A stretch of DNA of 32,000 nt from Xanthomonas campestris pv. campestris str. ATCC 33913 (GCF_000007145.1 NC_003902.1:2486497-2518496); one strand, 5' to 3'; numbered from the stretch's first letter, positions 13,266-23,884 are shown. Translations and numbers: made by a program. The notes: generated by a model not told the origin, from the letters alone.

Positions 13266-14680
13266 TCGTCTATCGAAACATCACTCAATGCGCCTGTTGC
13301 CAGGTCGTAACGCAGCACGGCGTGCGCGTCGGTTTCGGCGATCCACACCGCGCCGCCGGCAACCGCCAGCCCGGCCGGGCCATGCAGGCGCCGCGGCAGG
13401 GCGACCGTGGTCAGCTCGCCGCCGCCCAGGCGCAGGCAACGCAAGCGGCCATTGCCGGTGTCGGCCACCCACAACATCGGCGAATCGGCGGCCAGTGCAA
13501 TTGCCTGCGGAAACTGCAGGCGTGCGGCGCTACGTGGACCATCATCTTCACCGAACTGCCAGGTGCCCTGCCCACCAACCAGGGTCTGCACCAGGTCGCC
13601 ACGCAATTGCATGGTGCGGATCGACGACCCCAACCCATCGCAGACGTAGGCCACCTGCTGGACCGCGGCCAGGCCTGCCGGCTGTGCGAAAGCAGCGAGA
13701 TGGCCGCTGCCGTCGCGGATTTCAAGGGAGCCGGTGCCGGCGCGCGCACTCAGCGCGGCGCGGCCCAGGTGATAGCTCCAGATGCGGTTGTCGCCGGCCA
13801 TCGCGATCAACAGCTGGTTATCGGCAACCGCAAGCCCTTGCGGGTAGTTCAGCGGCGACGCGCCTGCACTGGCGAGCGGGCCTTCGATCGGCTCGCCGCT
13901 GCGCCCGGTGCCGCACAAGGTGTCGACCTGGCCGCTGCGCAGGTTGATCCGCCGCAAGGCGTGGTTGCCCGTATCCGCCACATAGAGTTCTTCGCGCTCG
14001 AGCGCCAGGCCCTGCGGGCGCCGAAATGCGGCTTCGCCCACGCCGCCATCGATGAGGTCGGCATTGCCGTGGCCGAACTGACGCAGCACGCGGCCGCTGT
14101 GGGTGCATTCGAGGATGCGGTGGTGTCCGGTGTCGGCGATATACAGCCGGTCTTCGGTCGCCGCCAGGCCGGTGGGGAAGCGCAACGCCAGGCGCGGCTC
14201 AGGGTCGCGCTCAGCCACGCCGTGCAGATCGGCATCGGACGGCGGCTGCTGGCCTTCGCACAACGCGGCCAGTGCCTTGTCGAGATCGCCGGTGACACCG
14301 ACCAGCCGCTGCCGCTCGCGGCCATAGGCATCGAGCAACACCAGGGTGGGCCAGGATTCGATTCCGAAACGGCGCCAGGTTTCCCAGTCCTTGTCGAGCA
14401 GGATCGGCGCACTGACGCCATGCCCACGCAACTGCTTGAGCGAGCGCTGTGGCATGCGTTCGCTATCGAAGCGCGGCACCTGCACCACGATCACCTGCAG
14501 CCGGCCGGGGCTGCGCGCCTGCCAGCGCGCAAGCTCGGCCAGCCGCTCCGCGCACCACACAGAACTGGCATTGACGAACGCCAGCACGAGCGCGCGGCCG
14601 CGATGCTCCTGCAAGGTGGAGGGCCTGGCGTTGAGCCAGGTGGGAAATTCCGGCAGTTCCTGGGTGAGCTGGGCAGTCAT
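13262..14680 (-). CDS. Thioredoxin-like domain protein fused to NHL-repeat beta-propeller
   Basis: The track ORF is 13262..14923. I place the start at ATG 14680 (MTAQLTQELPEFP). The N-terminus is thioredoxin/AhpC-TSA-like (GRALVLAFVNASSVWCAERLAEL...WPTLVLLD). Repeated NHL-type units follow (P.GLA......LYIADTGNH.I). The upstream 81 codons look like GC-rich read-through. Confidence 0.75.
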   Translation of the reverse strand: MTAQLTQELPEFPTWLNARPSTLQEHRGRALVLAFVNASSVWCAERLAELARWQARSPGRLQVIVVQVPRFDSERMPQRSLKQLRGHGVSAPILLDKDWETWRRFGIESWPTLVLLDAYGRERQRLVGVTGDLDKALAALCEGQQPPSDADLHGVAERDPEPRLALRFPTGLAATEDRLYIADTGHHRILECTHSGRVLRQFGHGNADLIDGGVGEAAFRRPQGLALEREELYVADTGNHALRRINLRSGQVDTLCGTGRSGEPIEGPLASAGASPLNYPQGLAVADNQLLIAMAGDNRIWSYHLGRAALSARAGTGSLEIRDGSGHLAAFAQPAGLAAVQQVAYVCDGLGSSIRTMQLRGDLVQTLVGGQGTWQFGEDDGPRSAARLQFPQAIALAADSPMLWVADTGNGRLRCLRLGGGELTTVALPRRLHGPAGLAVAGGAVWIAETDAHAVLRYDLATGALSDVSIDE

Positions 14681-14703
14681 GCAGTGATTATGCCCAAGCC
14701 CGG

Positions 14704-15168
14704 TCAGCCGCGGGTGAGTCTGGCCACGGTCTGGCGCGCGGCGGTATCGACCAGCCGCCACGCCAGTTCGAACTCCTGCTTGCCGCCGGTGTACGGGTCG
14801 GGGATATCGCTGCGCTCGTCCACGCCGGCCCACGGCAACCACAGCGCAACCTTGTCGCGCAGCGAAGCGGGTGCAAGCCGCTGCAGATTGCGCAGATTGC
14901 TGGCGTCCGCACACAGCAGCCAATCGAAGCGTTCGAAATCGGCCAGCTGCACCTGACGCGCGCGCAATCCTGAGATGTCCACATCGTGACCGCGTGCGCA
15001 GCGGATGGCACGCGCATCCGGTGGTTCACCGGCATGCCAATCGCCGGTGCCGGCCGAATCCACTTCCATGCGGCGTGCCAGCGGCGAGGTGTCCAGACGC
15101 GCGCGCAAGGCACCCTCGCCCATCGGCGAGCGACAGATATTGCCCAGGCAGACGACCAACAGCCTCAT
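14704..15168 (-). CDS. Low-molecular-weight protein-tyrosine phosphatase
   Basis: ORF of 154 aa with the signature [10 protein letters not shown] (CX5R P-loop) at the N-terminus and DPY near the C-terminus. Confidence 0.9.
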   Translation of the reverse strand: MRLLVVCLGNICRSPMGEGALRARLDTSPLARRMEVDSAGTGDWHAGEPPDARAIRCARGHDVDISGLRARQVQLADFERFDWLLCADASNLRNLQRLAPASLRDKVALWLPWAGVDERSDIPDPYTGGKQEFELAWRLVDTAARQTVARLTRG

Positions 15169-16010
15169 GCAGACGCCAGTTGCGCTTGCGCGCGCTGCAG
15201 GTCTTCCGGCGTATCGATGCCGGGTGGGAACTGCTCAGGCGTCAGCGCCACCGCGATGCGGTAGCCGGCTTCCAGCACACGCAGCTGCTCCAGCGATTCG
15301 ATGCGCTCCAGCGTGCCCGGCGGCATGGCCGCGAACTGCTGCAGAAACCCGGCGCGGTAGGCGTAGATGCCGATATGCCGCAGCCAGTGATTGCCGGCCG
15401 GTACAGCATCGCGCTGGGCGGCAAAACTGTCGCGATGCCACGGAATCGGCGCACGGCTGAAGTACAACGCATCGCCATGGGCGTTGCGCACCAGCTTCAC
15501 CACATTGGGATCGAACAGGTCGTGTGCGCTGTCCACCGGCGCGGCGAGCGTGGCCATCTCCGCGCCGGAGCGCTGCAGCACCTGGGCCACTGCACGAATG
15601 CCGGCAGCCGGTGCGAACGGTTCGTCGCCCTGCAGGTTCACCACACAGGTGGCCGCATCCCAGCCGGCAATCCGCGCGCACTCGGCCAGCCGGTCGGTGC
15701 CGGACAGATGCACGCTGCTGGTCATCGCCACACGCACGCCGGCCAGGCCCTGGATGGCCTCCGCAATGCGGGCATCGTCGGTGGCCACCCAGACCTCACG
15801 GGCACCGGCCGCCAGCGCACGCTCGGCCACGTGCTGGATCATGGGGCGATCGCCGATCAGCTGCAGCGGCTTGCCGGGCAACCGGGTGGAGGCATAGCGC
15901 GCCGGGACGGCCACCACGAAGGCGCTGGACGCGTCGTCCGACGCGATGGGAGACGCTGCAGAAACTGATTGCACGGTGTCCTCGCTGGTTGGAAAGGATG
16001 GAGGCTGCAT
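15165..16010 (-). CDS. kdsB: 3-deoxy-manno-octulosonate cytidylyltransferase (CMP-KDO synthetase)
   Basis: This is the C-terminal 281 codons of track ORF 15165..16664: [31 protein letters not shown]...VNLQGDEP...IGIYAYR. The start is taken at ATG 16010, 45 nt after the lpxK stop; a more downstream start is possible. The long 5' extension overlaps lpxK and is rejected. Confidence 0.88.
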   Translation of the reverse strand: MQPPSFPTSEDTVQSVSAASPIASDDASSAFVVAVPARYASTRLPGKPLQLIGDRPMIQHVAERALAAGAREVWVATDDARIAEAIQGLAGVRVAMTSSVHLSGTDRLAECARIAGWDAATCVVNLQGDEPFAPAAGIRAVAQVLQRSGAEMATLAAPVDSAHDLFDPNVVKLVRNAHGDALYFSRAPIPWHRDSFAAQRDAVPAGNHWLRHIGIYAYRAGFLQQFAAMPPGTLERIESLEQLRVLEAGYRIAVALTPEQFPPGIDTPEDLQRAQAQLASA

Positions 16011-16054
16011 CGACCGGCCGTTATCTCGCTGCTGCAGAGGCGCGGCCGACGCCG

Positions 16055-17110
16055 TCAGGCATCGGAATGGCGGCTGGCTAGCTTGTCCAGGCGATCGAGC
16101 AGACTCACCCAGAACGCCGCCGGCAGCTCCGCCTTCAACGGCACGCTGTACAGCCACTCGTCGGCGAAGGGCCGACACTTCACCGCGTCCTTTTCGGTCA
16201 TCAGCACCGGCAGGCGGCTGCCGAAGCTGAAGTCCTGCGCGCGGTAGACATGATGATCGGGAAACGCATGCGGCACCACGCCGATGCCGCGTGCGCGCAG
16301 CATCGCGAAAAACCGCTCCGGGTGCGCAATCCCGGCCACGGCATGCACGCGTTGCCCAGCCAGCGAGGCAAGTGGCCGTGCACGTTTGCCATCCATGGGC
16401 TGCACGCTGTCGATGCTCAGACGCATCTGCCATTCGCCGAACCCGGCATCGGTATCGGCCACTGGCGTGCCGACCACCGGTATCACTGCATCGCTGCCCT
16501 GGCCCAGATTCACCACGCGGAAATCGCACTCGCGCGCACGCGCTGCGGGTTCGCGCAATGGCCCGGCGGGCAGCATGCGTCCGTTGCCATAACGGCGCTG
16601 GCCGTCGACGACTTCGATTTCGACATCGCGTGCCAGCCGGTAATGCTGCAGCCCGTCGTCGCACACGATGATGTCGCAGCCGGCCTCGACCAGGGCACGC
16701 GCCGCGGCCAGACGATCAGTGTCCACGCGCACGCGCGCGCCGGTTTTCCAGGCGATCAGCACCGGTTCGTCGCCGCCGAGTGCTACTGGCGTGTCCGCAT
16801 CGACCCAGCGCGCAGTCCCGGCGTCATCGCGGCCATAACCACGGCTGGCGACACCCGGGGTCCAGCCGGCCTGCTGCAGCCGGCTGACCAGGGTGATGGT
16901 GAGTGGCGTCTTGCCGGTGCCGCCAGCGGTGACGTTGCCGATCACCACCACCGGGACCGGCACGCCATGGCGCTTCAACCAGCCGCGCCGATACAGGCTG
17001 CGGCGCACTGCGGTGACCGCGCCATACACCGGCGCGAGCATGCGGGCCGGCAGCGGGATGGGCGTGTTGTCGTACCAGTAGCCCGGCGTGCGGGCGCCGC
17101 GCTTGCTCAT
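16055..17110 (-). CDS. lpxK: Tetraacyldisaccharide 4'-kinase
   Basis: ORF of 351 aa with P-loop [16 protein letters not shown]. Its position between msbA and kdsB matches the conserved msbA-lpxK-kdsB order. Confidence 0.93.
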   Translation of the reverse strand: MSKRGARTPGYWYDNTPIPLPARMLAPVYGAVTAVRRSLYRRGWLKRHGVPVPVVVIGNVTAGGTGKTPLTITLVSRLQQAGWTPGVASRGYGRDDAGTARWVDADTPVALGGDEPVLIAWKTGARVRVDTDRLAAARALVEAGCDIIVCDDGLQHYRLARDVEIEVVDGQRRYGNGRMLPAGPLREPAARARECDFRVVNLGQGSDAVIPVVGTPVADTDAGFGEWQMRLSIDSVQPMDGKRARPLASLAGQRVHAVAGIAHPERFFAMLRARGIGVVPHAFPDHHVYRAQDFSFGSRLPVLMTEKDAVKCRPFADEWLYSVPLKAELPAAFWVSLLDRLDKLASRHSDA

Positions 17111-18876
17111 GCCTGACGTTCGCGAAACTGCATGCCGTGCAGGTGCGAGTACAGCCCGCCCAGCGCGAGCAGTTCCTGATGCGTACCGCGCTCGACGATG
17201 CGGCCCTGGTCCATCACCAGCACCTGGTCGGCATGCTCGATCGTCGACAGCCGGTGCGCGATCACCAAGGTGGTGCGGTCGGGCATCAACTTGTGCAAGG
17301 CGTCCTGCACCAGCCGCTCGGATTCGTTATCGAGTGCGGCGGTCGCCTCGTCCAGGATCAGGATCGGCGCGTCCTTGAGCATCGCGCGTGCGATCGCCAG
17401 ACGCTGGCGCTGGCCGCCGGACAGGCGCCCGCCCTTGGTACCCACGTGCGACTGCAGGCCCTCCGGCAGCTGCGCGACAAACTCCATCGCATTCGCACCC
17501 TGGATGGCGCGCTCCAGTTGCCCGGCATCGCACTGGCGCATTTCGCCGTACGCCACGTTCTCGGCAATGCTGCCGTCGAACAGCATCACCTGTTGGCCAA
17601 CCAGGGCAATCTGGCGGCGCAGATCGGCCAATGCATAGGCCTGCACCGGGTGACCGTCGAGCAGGATCTGCCCGGACTCGGCCTCATAAAAGCGTGGAAT
17701 CAGCTTGATCAGGCTGGATTTGCCGCTGCCGGAGCGGCCGACGATCGCCGTGACGGTGCCCGGCTGTGCCACGAAGCTGACATCGGCCAACGCAGGATTG
17801 GCCTGCCCCGGATAGCGCGCGGTGACATCGCGGAATTCGATCAAACCCTTGGCGCGCGTCAACGGCACCTGGCCCTGGTCGGGCTCGTCAGGGCTGTCCA
17901 GCACCGAGAACAGGCGTTCGGCAGACGCCAGGCCGCGCTGCACCATGTTCTGCACATTGGTGAGCTGCTTGAGGCCCGGAATGATCGTCAGCATCGAGGT
18001 CATCAACACCACAAAATCGCCGGCCGTCAGGCGCCCGGCCAATGCCTGCGCGCCCGCCACGAACAGCAGCGCGGACAGACCGATCGCGCCGATCATCTGC
18101 ACGGTGGCGGTGGAAATGCCGCGCGTGGATTCGACTTTCATGGCCAGCCTGAGATTGCGGTCGGCCAGGCCCGAGTAGCGCTCCATCTCGCTCTGCTGCG
18201 CGCCGTAGATCTTGACCTCCTGATGGCTGGACAAGGTCTGGTCGGCGGCCTGCAACAGATGCGCGCCACTCTCCTGGATGCTGTGACTGATCCGCCGATA
18301 ACGGCGCGCCACCTTGTCCATCACCCAAGCCAGCACCGGCGCCAGCACCAGAATGGTGAGCGTGACCTGCCAGCTATGCCACAGCATCAACGCCAACGCG
18401 CCGATCACCTGCAGCGACTGCTGGATCATCACCTTCACGGCATCCACGGCGGCCTGCGCGACCTGATCCGAGTCCGAGCCGAGGCGGATCAGCATCGACG
18501 GCACCGGTTCGGAGTCGAAGCGCGAGCCCGGCAGGCGCAGATACTTGGACATGACCTTGACGCGCAGATCGCGCGCGATGCTGCGCGCAGACTTGCCCAT
18601 TGCCATGTCGGTGATGTAACCGGCCGCACCGCGGATCACGAACAACAGGATGATCTGCACCGGCAGCCAGCGGCTGACCTCGGCGTTCTTGTAAATGAAG
18701 GTCTCGTCGGTGATCGGCTTCATCAAGGCCAGGAAGCCGGTGGTCCCGGCGGCCTCGATCAATGCGGCGATCAACGCGGCCACCAACAGCAGCCGGTAAG
18801 GTTTAGCGAATGCCAGCAGACGCCGATAGGTCTGCCAGGACGACACCTGCGGCGCGTTCTCGTTGATGGTCTTCAC
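17107..18876 (-). CDS. msbA: Lipid A export ABC transporter permease/ATP-binding protein
   Basis: ORF of 589 aa with an N-terminal 6-TM domain plus an ABC domain. The ABC motifs are [23 protein letters not shown] and [12 protein letters not shown]. Confidence 0.93.
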   Translation of the reverse strand: MKTINENAPQVSSWQTYRRLLAFAKPYRLLLVAALIAALIEAAGTTGFLALMKPITDETFIYKNAEVSRWLPVQIILLFVIRGAAGYITDMAMGKSARSIARDLRVKVMSKYLRLPGSRFDSEPVPSMLIRLGSDSDQVAQAAVDAVKVMIQQSLQVIGALALMLWHSWQVTLTILVLAPVLAWVMDKVARRYRRISHSIQESGAHLLQAADQTLSSHQEVKIYGAQQSEMERYSGLADRNLRLAMKVESTRGISTATVQMIGAIGLSALLFVAGAQALAGRLTAGDFVVLMTSMLTIIPGLKQLTNVQNMVQRGLASAERLFSVLDSPDEPDQGQVPLTRAKGLIEFRDVTARYPGQANPALADVSFVAQPGTVTAIVGRSGSGKSSLIKLIPRFYEAESGQILLDGHPVQAYALADLRRQIALVGQQVMLFDGSIAENVAYGEMRQCDAGQLERAIQGANAMEFVAQLPEGLQSHVGTKGGRLSGGQRQRLAIARAMLKDAPILILDEATAALDNESERLVQDALHKLMPDRTTLVIAHRLSTIEHADQVLVMDQGRIVERGTHQELLALGGLYSHLHGMQFRERQA

Positions 18877-19310
18877 TGCCGCGTTCCGTTCTTGCCCGCT
18901 TCCGGCGCTGTCGCAATGGCGATGCGGCGGAAACCGAGTTGGCCCAGCGCGTCCTGCGCTGTCACCACCGCTTGATACGGCGTGCGCGCATCGGCACGCA
19001 TCAGCACGGTCTGCTCGCGGTCATCGCCGGCAACCTGGGCGATAGTCTGCTTGAGCGAATCCACATCCGACCGCAGCACTTCCTGGTCATTGATGAAATA
19101 ACGGCCATCGGCATTGACCAGCACGCTCAACGAACGCGGCGGCGCGCTGGTGTTCCGGTCACTGGCAGTGGGCAACTGCAGTTGCAGCGTGGAGCGGGCG
19201 TCGAAGGTTGTTGTTACCACGAAGAAAATGATGAGGACGAGGATGACGTCAATCAATGGCACCAGGTCGATCTGTGGCTCGTCCTGGCTTCGGTCACTGC
19301 CGATGCGCAT
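18873..19310 (-). CDS. exbD: Biopolymer transport protein ExbD/TolR family
   Basis: ORF of 145 aa. The single N-terminal TM, IDLVPLIDVILVLIIFFVVTTTF, is typical of ExbD/TolR. Confidence 0.88.
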   Translation of the reverse strand: MRIGSDRSQDEPQIDLVPLIDVILVLIIFFVVTTTFDARSTLQLQLPTASDRNTSAPPRSLSVLVNADGRYFINDQEVLRSDVDSLKQTIAQVAGDDREQTVLMRADARTPYQAVVTAQDALGQLGFRRIAIATAPEAGKNGTRQ

Positions 19311-19313
19311 CCG

Positions 19314-19982
19314 TCAGCCCTTTGCCATGGCGGGGTTGCCGGCCGGCACGGACGCCGCAGCTGCGGTGCCGCCTGGCACGGGGCGGCCTTCCATCGTGTC
19401 CAGCAGCAAGGTCGCTTCCTGCTCCATCTCGATGATGTAGCCAGCAATACGCCCCTTGAAAAACCGGTGCGCCATCAACGATGGCACCGCGATGATCATG
19501 CCGGTCGCCGTGCACACCAGCGCCTTGCCGATACCGCCGGCCAGCTGGTTCACGTCACCCACGCCGTGATCGAGGATGCCCAGGAACATCTGGATCATGC
19601 CGACCACGGTGCCCAGCAGGCCGAGCAGCGGCCCCGCCGAGGCGATCGTGCCCAATGCATTCAGATAGCGCTCCATGCGATGCACCACATGGCGGCCAGT
19701 GTCTTCGATGCGCTCACGAATCAGGTCACGGCTACGCCCACGCACATCCAGCGCGGCTGCCAGCAAGGCGCCCAGCGGCGAATTGCGGCGCAGCGACTCG
19801 ATATGGGTGGGGTCCAGCTTGCCGCGCGCGGCCCAGTTGCGGACTTCCTCGCCCAGACCCGGCGGACTCACCTCGTTGCGGCGCAGGGTCCACAGACGTT
19901 CCAGCACGATCGCCAGCGCGATCACACCCAACAACAGCAACGGCACCATCGGCCAACCGCCTGCCTTGACCAGCTCCAACAC
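19314..19982 (-). CDS. exbB: MotA/TolQ/ExbB proton-channel family protein
   Basis: This is the C-terminal 222 codons of track ORF 19314..20828: VLELVKAGGWPMVPLLLLGVIALAIVLERLW...LGTIASAGPLLGLLGTVVGMI. The start is taken at GTG 19982, which has a GGAGGA SD 8 nt upstream; ATG 19949 is the alternative. The upstream part of the ORF overlaps comEC out of frame. Confidence 0.85.
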   Translation of the reverse strand: MLELVKAGGWPMVPLLLLGVIALAIVLERLWTLRRNEVSPPGLGEEVRNWAARGKLDPTHIESLRRNSPLGALLAAALDVRGRSRDLIRERIEDTGRHVVHRMERYLNALGTIASAGPLLGLLGTVVGMIQMFLGILDHGVGDVNQLAGGIGKALVCTATGMIIAVPSLMAHRFFKGRIAGYIIEMEQEATLLLDTMEGRPVPGGTAAAASVPAGNPAMAKG

Positions 19983-20010
19983 GATTCGATTCCTCCGGCA
20001 ACGCGGCCGC

Positions 20011-22401
20011 CTATTCGCTGGCCGATAGGATAGCAGCCGACCGCCGCCGTTCCGCAGCATCCCAGAGCCGTGGCTGCCAGCGGCGACGCTCGCGAACCTG
20101 CAGCCCCCCGCGGCCCAGCCAGACCCGCACCGCACCGGTCTCGGCGGTATCCAGCACCTCGGCACCGGCGCCCTGCCAGCGCTGCACGGTATCTGCGCGT
20201 GGGTGGCCAAAGCGATTGCCATGCCCGGAGGACACCAGCGCCAGCCGCGCCGCGGTGGCCGCCACGAAGCCGGCATGCGAGCCATCGGCGCTGCCGTGAT
20301 GCGGCACCACCACCACATCGGCGCGCAGCTGCGCCTGCCCTGCATGCAGCAGGCGGTGTTCGACGATGCTGTCGATGTCGCCTGGCAGCAGCGCACGCCC
20401 GTAGCGCGTCTCCACCAGCAGCACGCAGCTGGACTGGTTGCGCAGGTAGGGAAAGCCCGCGGTGGGATGCAGGAAACGAAACCGGACGCCCTCCCACTCC
20501 CAGCGCTGCCCGGCCTGGCAGCGGCGGCGCACATCCAGCGGCGCGCCAGATGGCGCGAGGGTATCGGCCACCGGCATTCCGGCGCGCACCGCAGCGTAGC
20601 CGCCGGCGTGATCGGCATCGGCGTGGCTGAGCACGATGGCGTCCAGCCGCCGGAGCCCCAACGCCCGCAACGCCGGCAGCACCACCCGTTCGCCGGCGTC
20701 GAATCCATCGCGGACCGCCGGGCCGGTATCGAACAGCAAGGCGTGCCGCTGGGTCCGCACCAGCACTGCCAGACCCTGCCCGACATCGAGCACCTGCAGA
20801 TCGGCCTCGCCGGCTTCGGGCAGGGCACGGTCCGGCCACAGCAGCGGCAGCCACAACAGCAACGCCACTGATTTGGCCGGCGTTCCCCGAGGCATCAGCA
20901 GCCAGAATGCGCCGACCAGCGCAGCGACGAGCGCAATGGCGTCGGATTCGGGCACCCACCACAACGCCACCTGGGTGCGCCCAAGCCAGACGAATGCGGG
21001 CCAGGTCAGCTCGAAACACCAGCCGGCCAGTTGCCAGGCCCAGACGCCCGCACCCGGCCAGGCCGCTTCCAGCGCGGTGCCAAGCAAGGCCAGCGGCACC
21101 ACCACGAAGGTCCACCACGGGATCGCAACCAGATTGGCCAGCGGCCCCACCAGCGACGCCTGCCCGAACAGGCTGACCGTCAACGGTAACAGGCCAATGG
21201 TCGCCACCGCCTGCGCCGACAGAAATCCGCGCAGCATTGAACGATCGTCAGCCGGCAGGCACCACACCAGCCACGCAACCCCGGCGAAGCTGAGCCAGAA
21301 GCCGGCCACCAACACGCTCAACGGATCCCACAGCAGCACCGCCAACATTGCCAGCGCCAGGATATGCGCAGTGCTGGCGCGGCGACGCAGCACACGGGCC
21401 AGCGCCACCACCGCGATCATCAACACGGTGCGCACCGTTGGTAGCGCAAGGCCGGCGAGCACTGCATAGCAGGAGGCGCCAAGCAACGCTGCCACCGCAG
21501 CGGCATGCAGCCGTGGCACGCGCGTTCCCAGGCCAGGCGAGAGGCGCCACACCCCAGTGATCAGCAGCGCGCAGAACGCGGCGACCAGGCCGACATGGAA
21601 GCCGGAGATCGCAATCAGGTGACTCAGCCCGGTCGCACGCAAGGTCGCCCACGCGGCATCGTCGAGCCCGCGGGTGTCGCCCAAGGCCAAGGCACGCAAG
21701 TAAGGCGACGCCGGCCCGGAGATGGTGTGCGCGATGCGCGCTGACATGCGCTCGCGCCATGCATCCACGCCACTGGCCGGCGTCACCAGCCTGGCCGCAG
21801 CGGGCATGCGTACATAGCCGGTTGCAGCGATGCGTTGCGCCAGCGCCTGTCGCTCGGCGTCGAACCCACCCGGATTGCGCAGACCGCGCGGCGCACGCAA
21901 CTTCAGGCGCAGCTGCCAGGTGGCGCCGGCCGTCAACGCGGCGCGTGGGCCGATGGTGTCTGCACCAAAGTCGTCGTACCAGCTTACCTGCAGGAGTGCG
22001 CCACGCAGCGCTTGCGGCTGCGCCAGGTCATCAGCCAGGCGCAGCTGGAAACGCGTGCGGCGTGGCTCGGCGATGGGCAGGCCCACCACTCTTCCCTGCA
22101 CCAACCATTCGCGCGCTTCATCGGCCGGCAGTACTTGCGCCCGCAGCACTCCAGCCGCTTGCCAGCCCATCAGCCCAAATCCAGCCACGCACACCGCGCT
22201 CAGCAACAACCAGCGCCGCGGCCACCGGCGCAGCGCCGCAAGGCCGACCGCGCCGGTGAGCAGGCAACTGCCGTAGACAGTGCGCGGCAGCATCGCCGGT
22301 GACCAGGCACATGCCACCACGCCCAGCAATAACGCGGCTGCGACCGCCACGGTGGCGCCAGCGAGCGGCCTCACCGCATGCGTTGCATCGTCCATGTCCA
22401 T
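20011..22401 (-). CDS. comEC: DNA internalization-related competence protein ComEC/Rec2
   Basis: ORF of 796 aa. It has a polytopic membrane core and a C-terminal metallo-beta-lactamase domain (DVGQGLAVLV...LSHADADHAGG...VVPHHGS). Confidence 0.9.
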   Translation of the reverse strand: MDMDDATHAVRPLAGATVAVAAALLLGVVACAWSPAMLPRTVYGSCLLTGAVGLAALRRWPRRWLLLSAVCVAGFGLMGWQAAGVLRAQVLPADEAREWLVQGRVVGLPIAEPRRTRFQLRLADDLAQPQALRGALLQVSWYDDFGADTIGPRAALTAGATWQLRLKLRAPRGLRNPGGFDAERQALAQRIAATGYVRMPAAARLVTPASGVDAWRERMSARIAHTISGPASPYLRALALGDTRGLDDAAWATLRATGLSHLIAISGFHVGLVAAFCALLITGVWRLSPGLGTRVPRLHAAAVAALLGASCYAVLAGLALPTVRTVLMIAVVALARVLRRRASTAHILALAMLAVLLWDPLSVLVAGFWLSFAGVAWLVWCLPADDRSMLRGFLSAQAVATIGLLPLTVSLFGQASLVGPLANLVAIPWWTFVVVPLALLGTALEAAWPGAGVWAWQLAGWCFELTWPAFVWLGRTQVALWWVPESDAIALVAALVGAFWLLMPRGTPAKSVALLLWLPLLWPDRALPEAGEADLQVLDVGQGLAVLVRTQRHALLFDTGPAVRDGFDAGERVVLPALRALGLRRLDAIVLSHADADHAGGYAAVRAGMPVADTLAPSGAPLDVRRRCQAGQRWEWEGVRFRFLHPTAGFPYLRNQSSCVLLVETRYGRALLPGDIDSIVEHRLLHAGQAQLRADVVVVPHHGSADGSHAGFVAATAARLALVSSGHGNRFGHPRADTVQRWQGAGAEVLDTAETGAVRVWLGRGGLQVRERRRWQPRLWDAAERRRSAAILSASE

Positions 22402-22740
22402 TGCCCGCGCGCTGCCGATCTATCGCTCAACGTAACGATCGTCTGCCACGACGGGCAGCAGCGTTCGGCGTGTTGCCGGGTAGGAAGATGGCGCGAGAGC
22501 TTGCAGGCAAAGCAACCGCTCGAAGCGTTGCATCACAGCCTTCGCTTCCGCATTTGAGCCGATGCACGCGGCCAAGCGCAGGTGAGCAGGATGCGGATGC
22601 TGCCAGCGATCGATCCGCGTCACGCTGCCGCCGCTGGCGCCTCGACCGTCCACACGCGCCGAAACCCGCCACGCGGCATGCCGCGCACAAACGCGGCACA
22701 GCAATGATCCGTTCCACAAACGTGCTTCATTTCGCAGTGA

Positions 22741-22778
22741 AATCAGGCCTGCGTTCGCCCTGATTTCATGGCCGCATC
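22741..22778. promoter_or_regulatory. Nested inverted repeats (ATTTC-N5-GAAAT and TGAAATCAGG-N11-CCTGATTTCA) ~35 nt upstream of the SDR gene
   Basis: The sequence is TTCATTTCGCAGTGAAATCAGGCCTGCGTTCGCCCTGATTTCATG. The 10-bp perfect arms are at 22748-22757 and 22769-22778. Confidence 0.3.
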
Positions 22779-22812
22779 GCTATGGTGAACGCTGTTTTCG
22801 AGGAGTTCCCCC

Positions 22813-23877
22813 ATGCGTAAAGGTGCTGCACTGATCGTCGGCGTGACCGGCATCTCCGGCTACAACCTCGCCAATGTGTTGCTCGCCGACGGCTGGACCG
22901 TCTATGGCCTGGCGCGCCGCCCGCTGTCGCACGAAGGCGTGATCCCGGTAGCGGCCGATCTGCTCGATGCGGAGGCAACCAAAACTGCGCTGCAGGGGCT
23001 ACCGATCACGCACGTGTTCTTCTGCACCTGGACGCGCCGCGATACCGAGCGCGAGAACGTCGAAGCCAACGGCGCGATGATGCGACACCTGTGCGATGGC
23101 TTGAGCGAGGCGCCGCTTCAGCACATGGCGCTGGTCACCGGCACCAAGCACTACCTGGGTGCTTTCGAGAACTACGGCAGTGGCAAGGCGGAAACCCCGT
23201 TCCGCGAAAGCGAACCGCGCCAGCCTGGCGAGAACTTCTACTACACCCTCGAAGATCTACTGTTCCAGCATGCCGAACAGCACGGCTTCGGCTGGAGCGT
23301 GCACCGCTCGCACACCATGGTTGGCATTGCCAACGGCAGCAACGCGATGAACATGGGCGTGACCCTGGCGGTGTATGCCTCGCTGTGCAAACACACCGGG
23401 CAACCGTTCGTGTTCCCCGGCTCGCAGGCACAATGGAACAGCCTCAGCGATGTGACCGATGCCGGCCTGCTCGGTCGGCAACTGGCGTGGGCCGGCCTGA
23501 GCCCGGCAGCGCGCAACCAGGCGTTCAATACCGTCAATGGCGATGTCTTTCGCTGGCGCTGGATGTGGGGCGAGATTGCGAAATTCTTCGGCCTGGAAGC
23601 GGCGCCCTGCCCGCAGACGCCCGAACCGCTGGAAGCACGCCTAAGCGACACCGCACCGGCGCAATGGGCGGAGCTGGCTGCGAAGCACGGCCTGGTGGAG
23701 CCGGACGTCAACCGTCTCGCCTCGTGGTGGCATACCGATGCCGACCTCGGCCGCGAGATCGAATGCGTCAACGACATGACCAAGAGCCGCGAATTGGGCT
23801 TTCTGGACTTCTACGACAGCCGTGCCGCGTTCCTGGAACTGTTCACCCGGCTGCGCGCGCAGCGAATCATTCCCTGA
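22813..23877 (+). CDS. NAD(P)-dependent SDR-family oxidoreductase (epimerase/dehydratase-like; progesterone-5-beta-reductase/PRISE-like)
   Basis: ORF of 354 aa. It has an N-terminal Rossmann motif, ALIVGVTGISGYNLA. The remainder (HVFFCTWTRR..., VTGTKHYLG, NFYYTLEDLL) resembles the atypical-SDR group containing plant 5-beta-reductases. Confidence 0.8.
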   Translation: MRKGAALIVGVTGISGYNLANVLLADGWTVYGLARRPLSHEGVIPVAADLLDAEATKTALQGLPITHVFFCTWTRRDTERENVEANGAMMRHLCDGLSEAPLQHMALVTGTKHYLGAFENYGSGKAETPFRESEPRQPGENFYYTLEDLLFQHAEQHGFGWSVHRSHTMVGIANGSNAMNMGVTLAVYASLCKHTGQPFVFPGSQAQWNSLSDVTDAGLLGRQLAWAGLSPAARNQAFNTVNGDVFRWRWMWGEIAKFFGLEAAPCPQTPEPLEARLSDTAPAQWAELAAKHGLVEPDVNRLASWWHTDADLGREIECVNDMTKSRELGFLDFYDSRAAFLELFTRLRAQRIIP

Positions 23878-23884
23878 CGAACAG

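Noticed and set aside
11379-13310. 643-aa plus-strand ORF, and similar long ORFs at 13202-14956, 17137-18975, 18939-20033, 26916-28019 and 28000-30114.
   Set aside because: Each lies antisense to a gene with unmistakable conserved motifs (uvrC, Trx-NHL, msbA, exbB/exbD, sdhB, sdhA). Their translations are Arg/Ala/Gly/His-rich and low in complexity, as expected of stop-poor shadow frames in high-GC DNA.
16011-16664. 5' extension of the kdsB ORF (499 aa in the track), overlapping lpxK.
   Set aside because: The extension is Arg/Ala-rich with no KdsB similarity and overlaps the well-supported lpxK frame. KdsB homology starts near [11 protein letters not shown], so ATG 16010 was used instead.
19983-20828. 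5' extension of the exbB ORF (504 aa in the track).
   Set aside because: It overlaps the comEC metallo-beta-lactamase region in a different frame. ExbB-like sequence begins at VLELVKAGGW, which has its own GGAGGA RBS and a GTG start.
22420-22719. 99-aa and 96-aa minus-strand ORFs upstream of comEC.
   Set aside because: There are no motifs and no RBS. The two ORFs overlap in different frames, as is typical of GC-rich intergenic noise.
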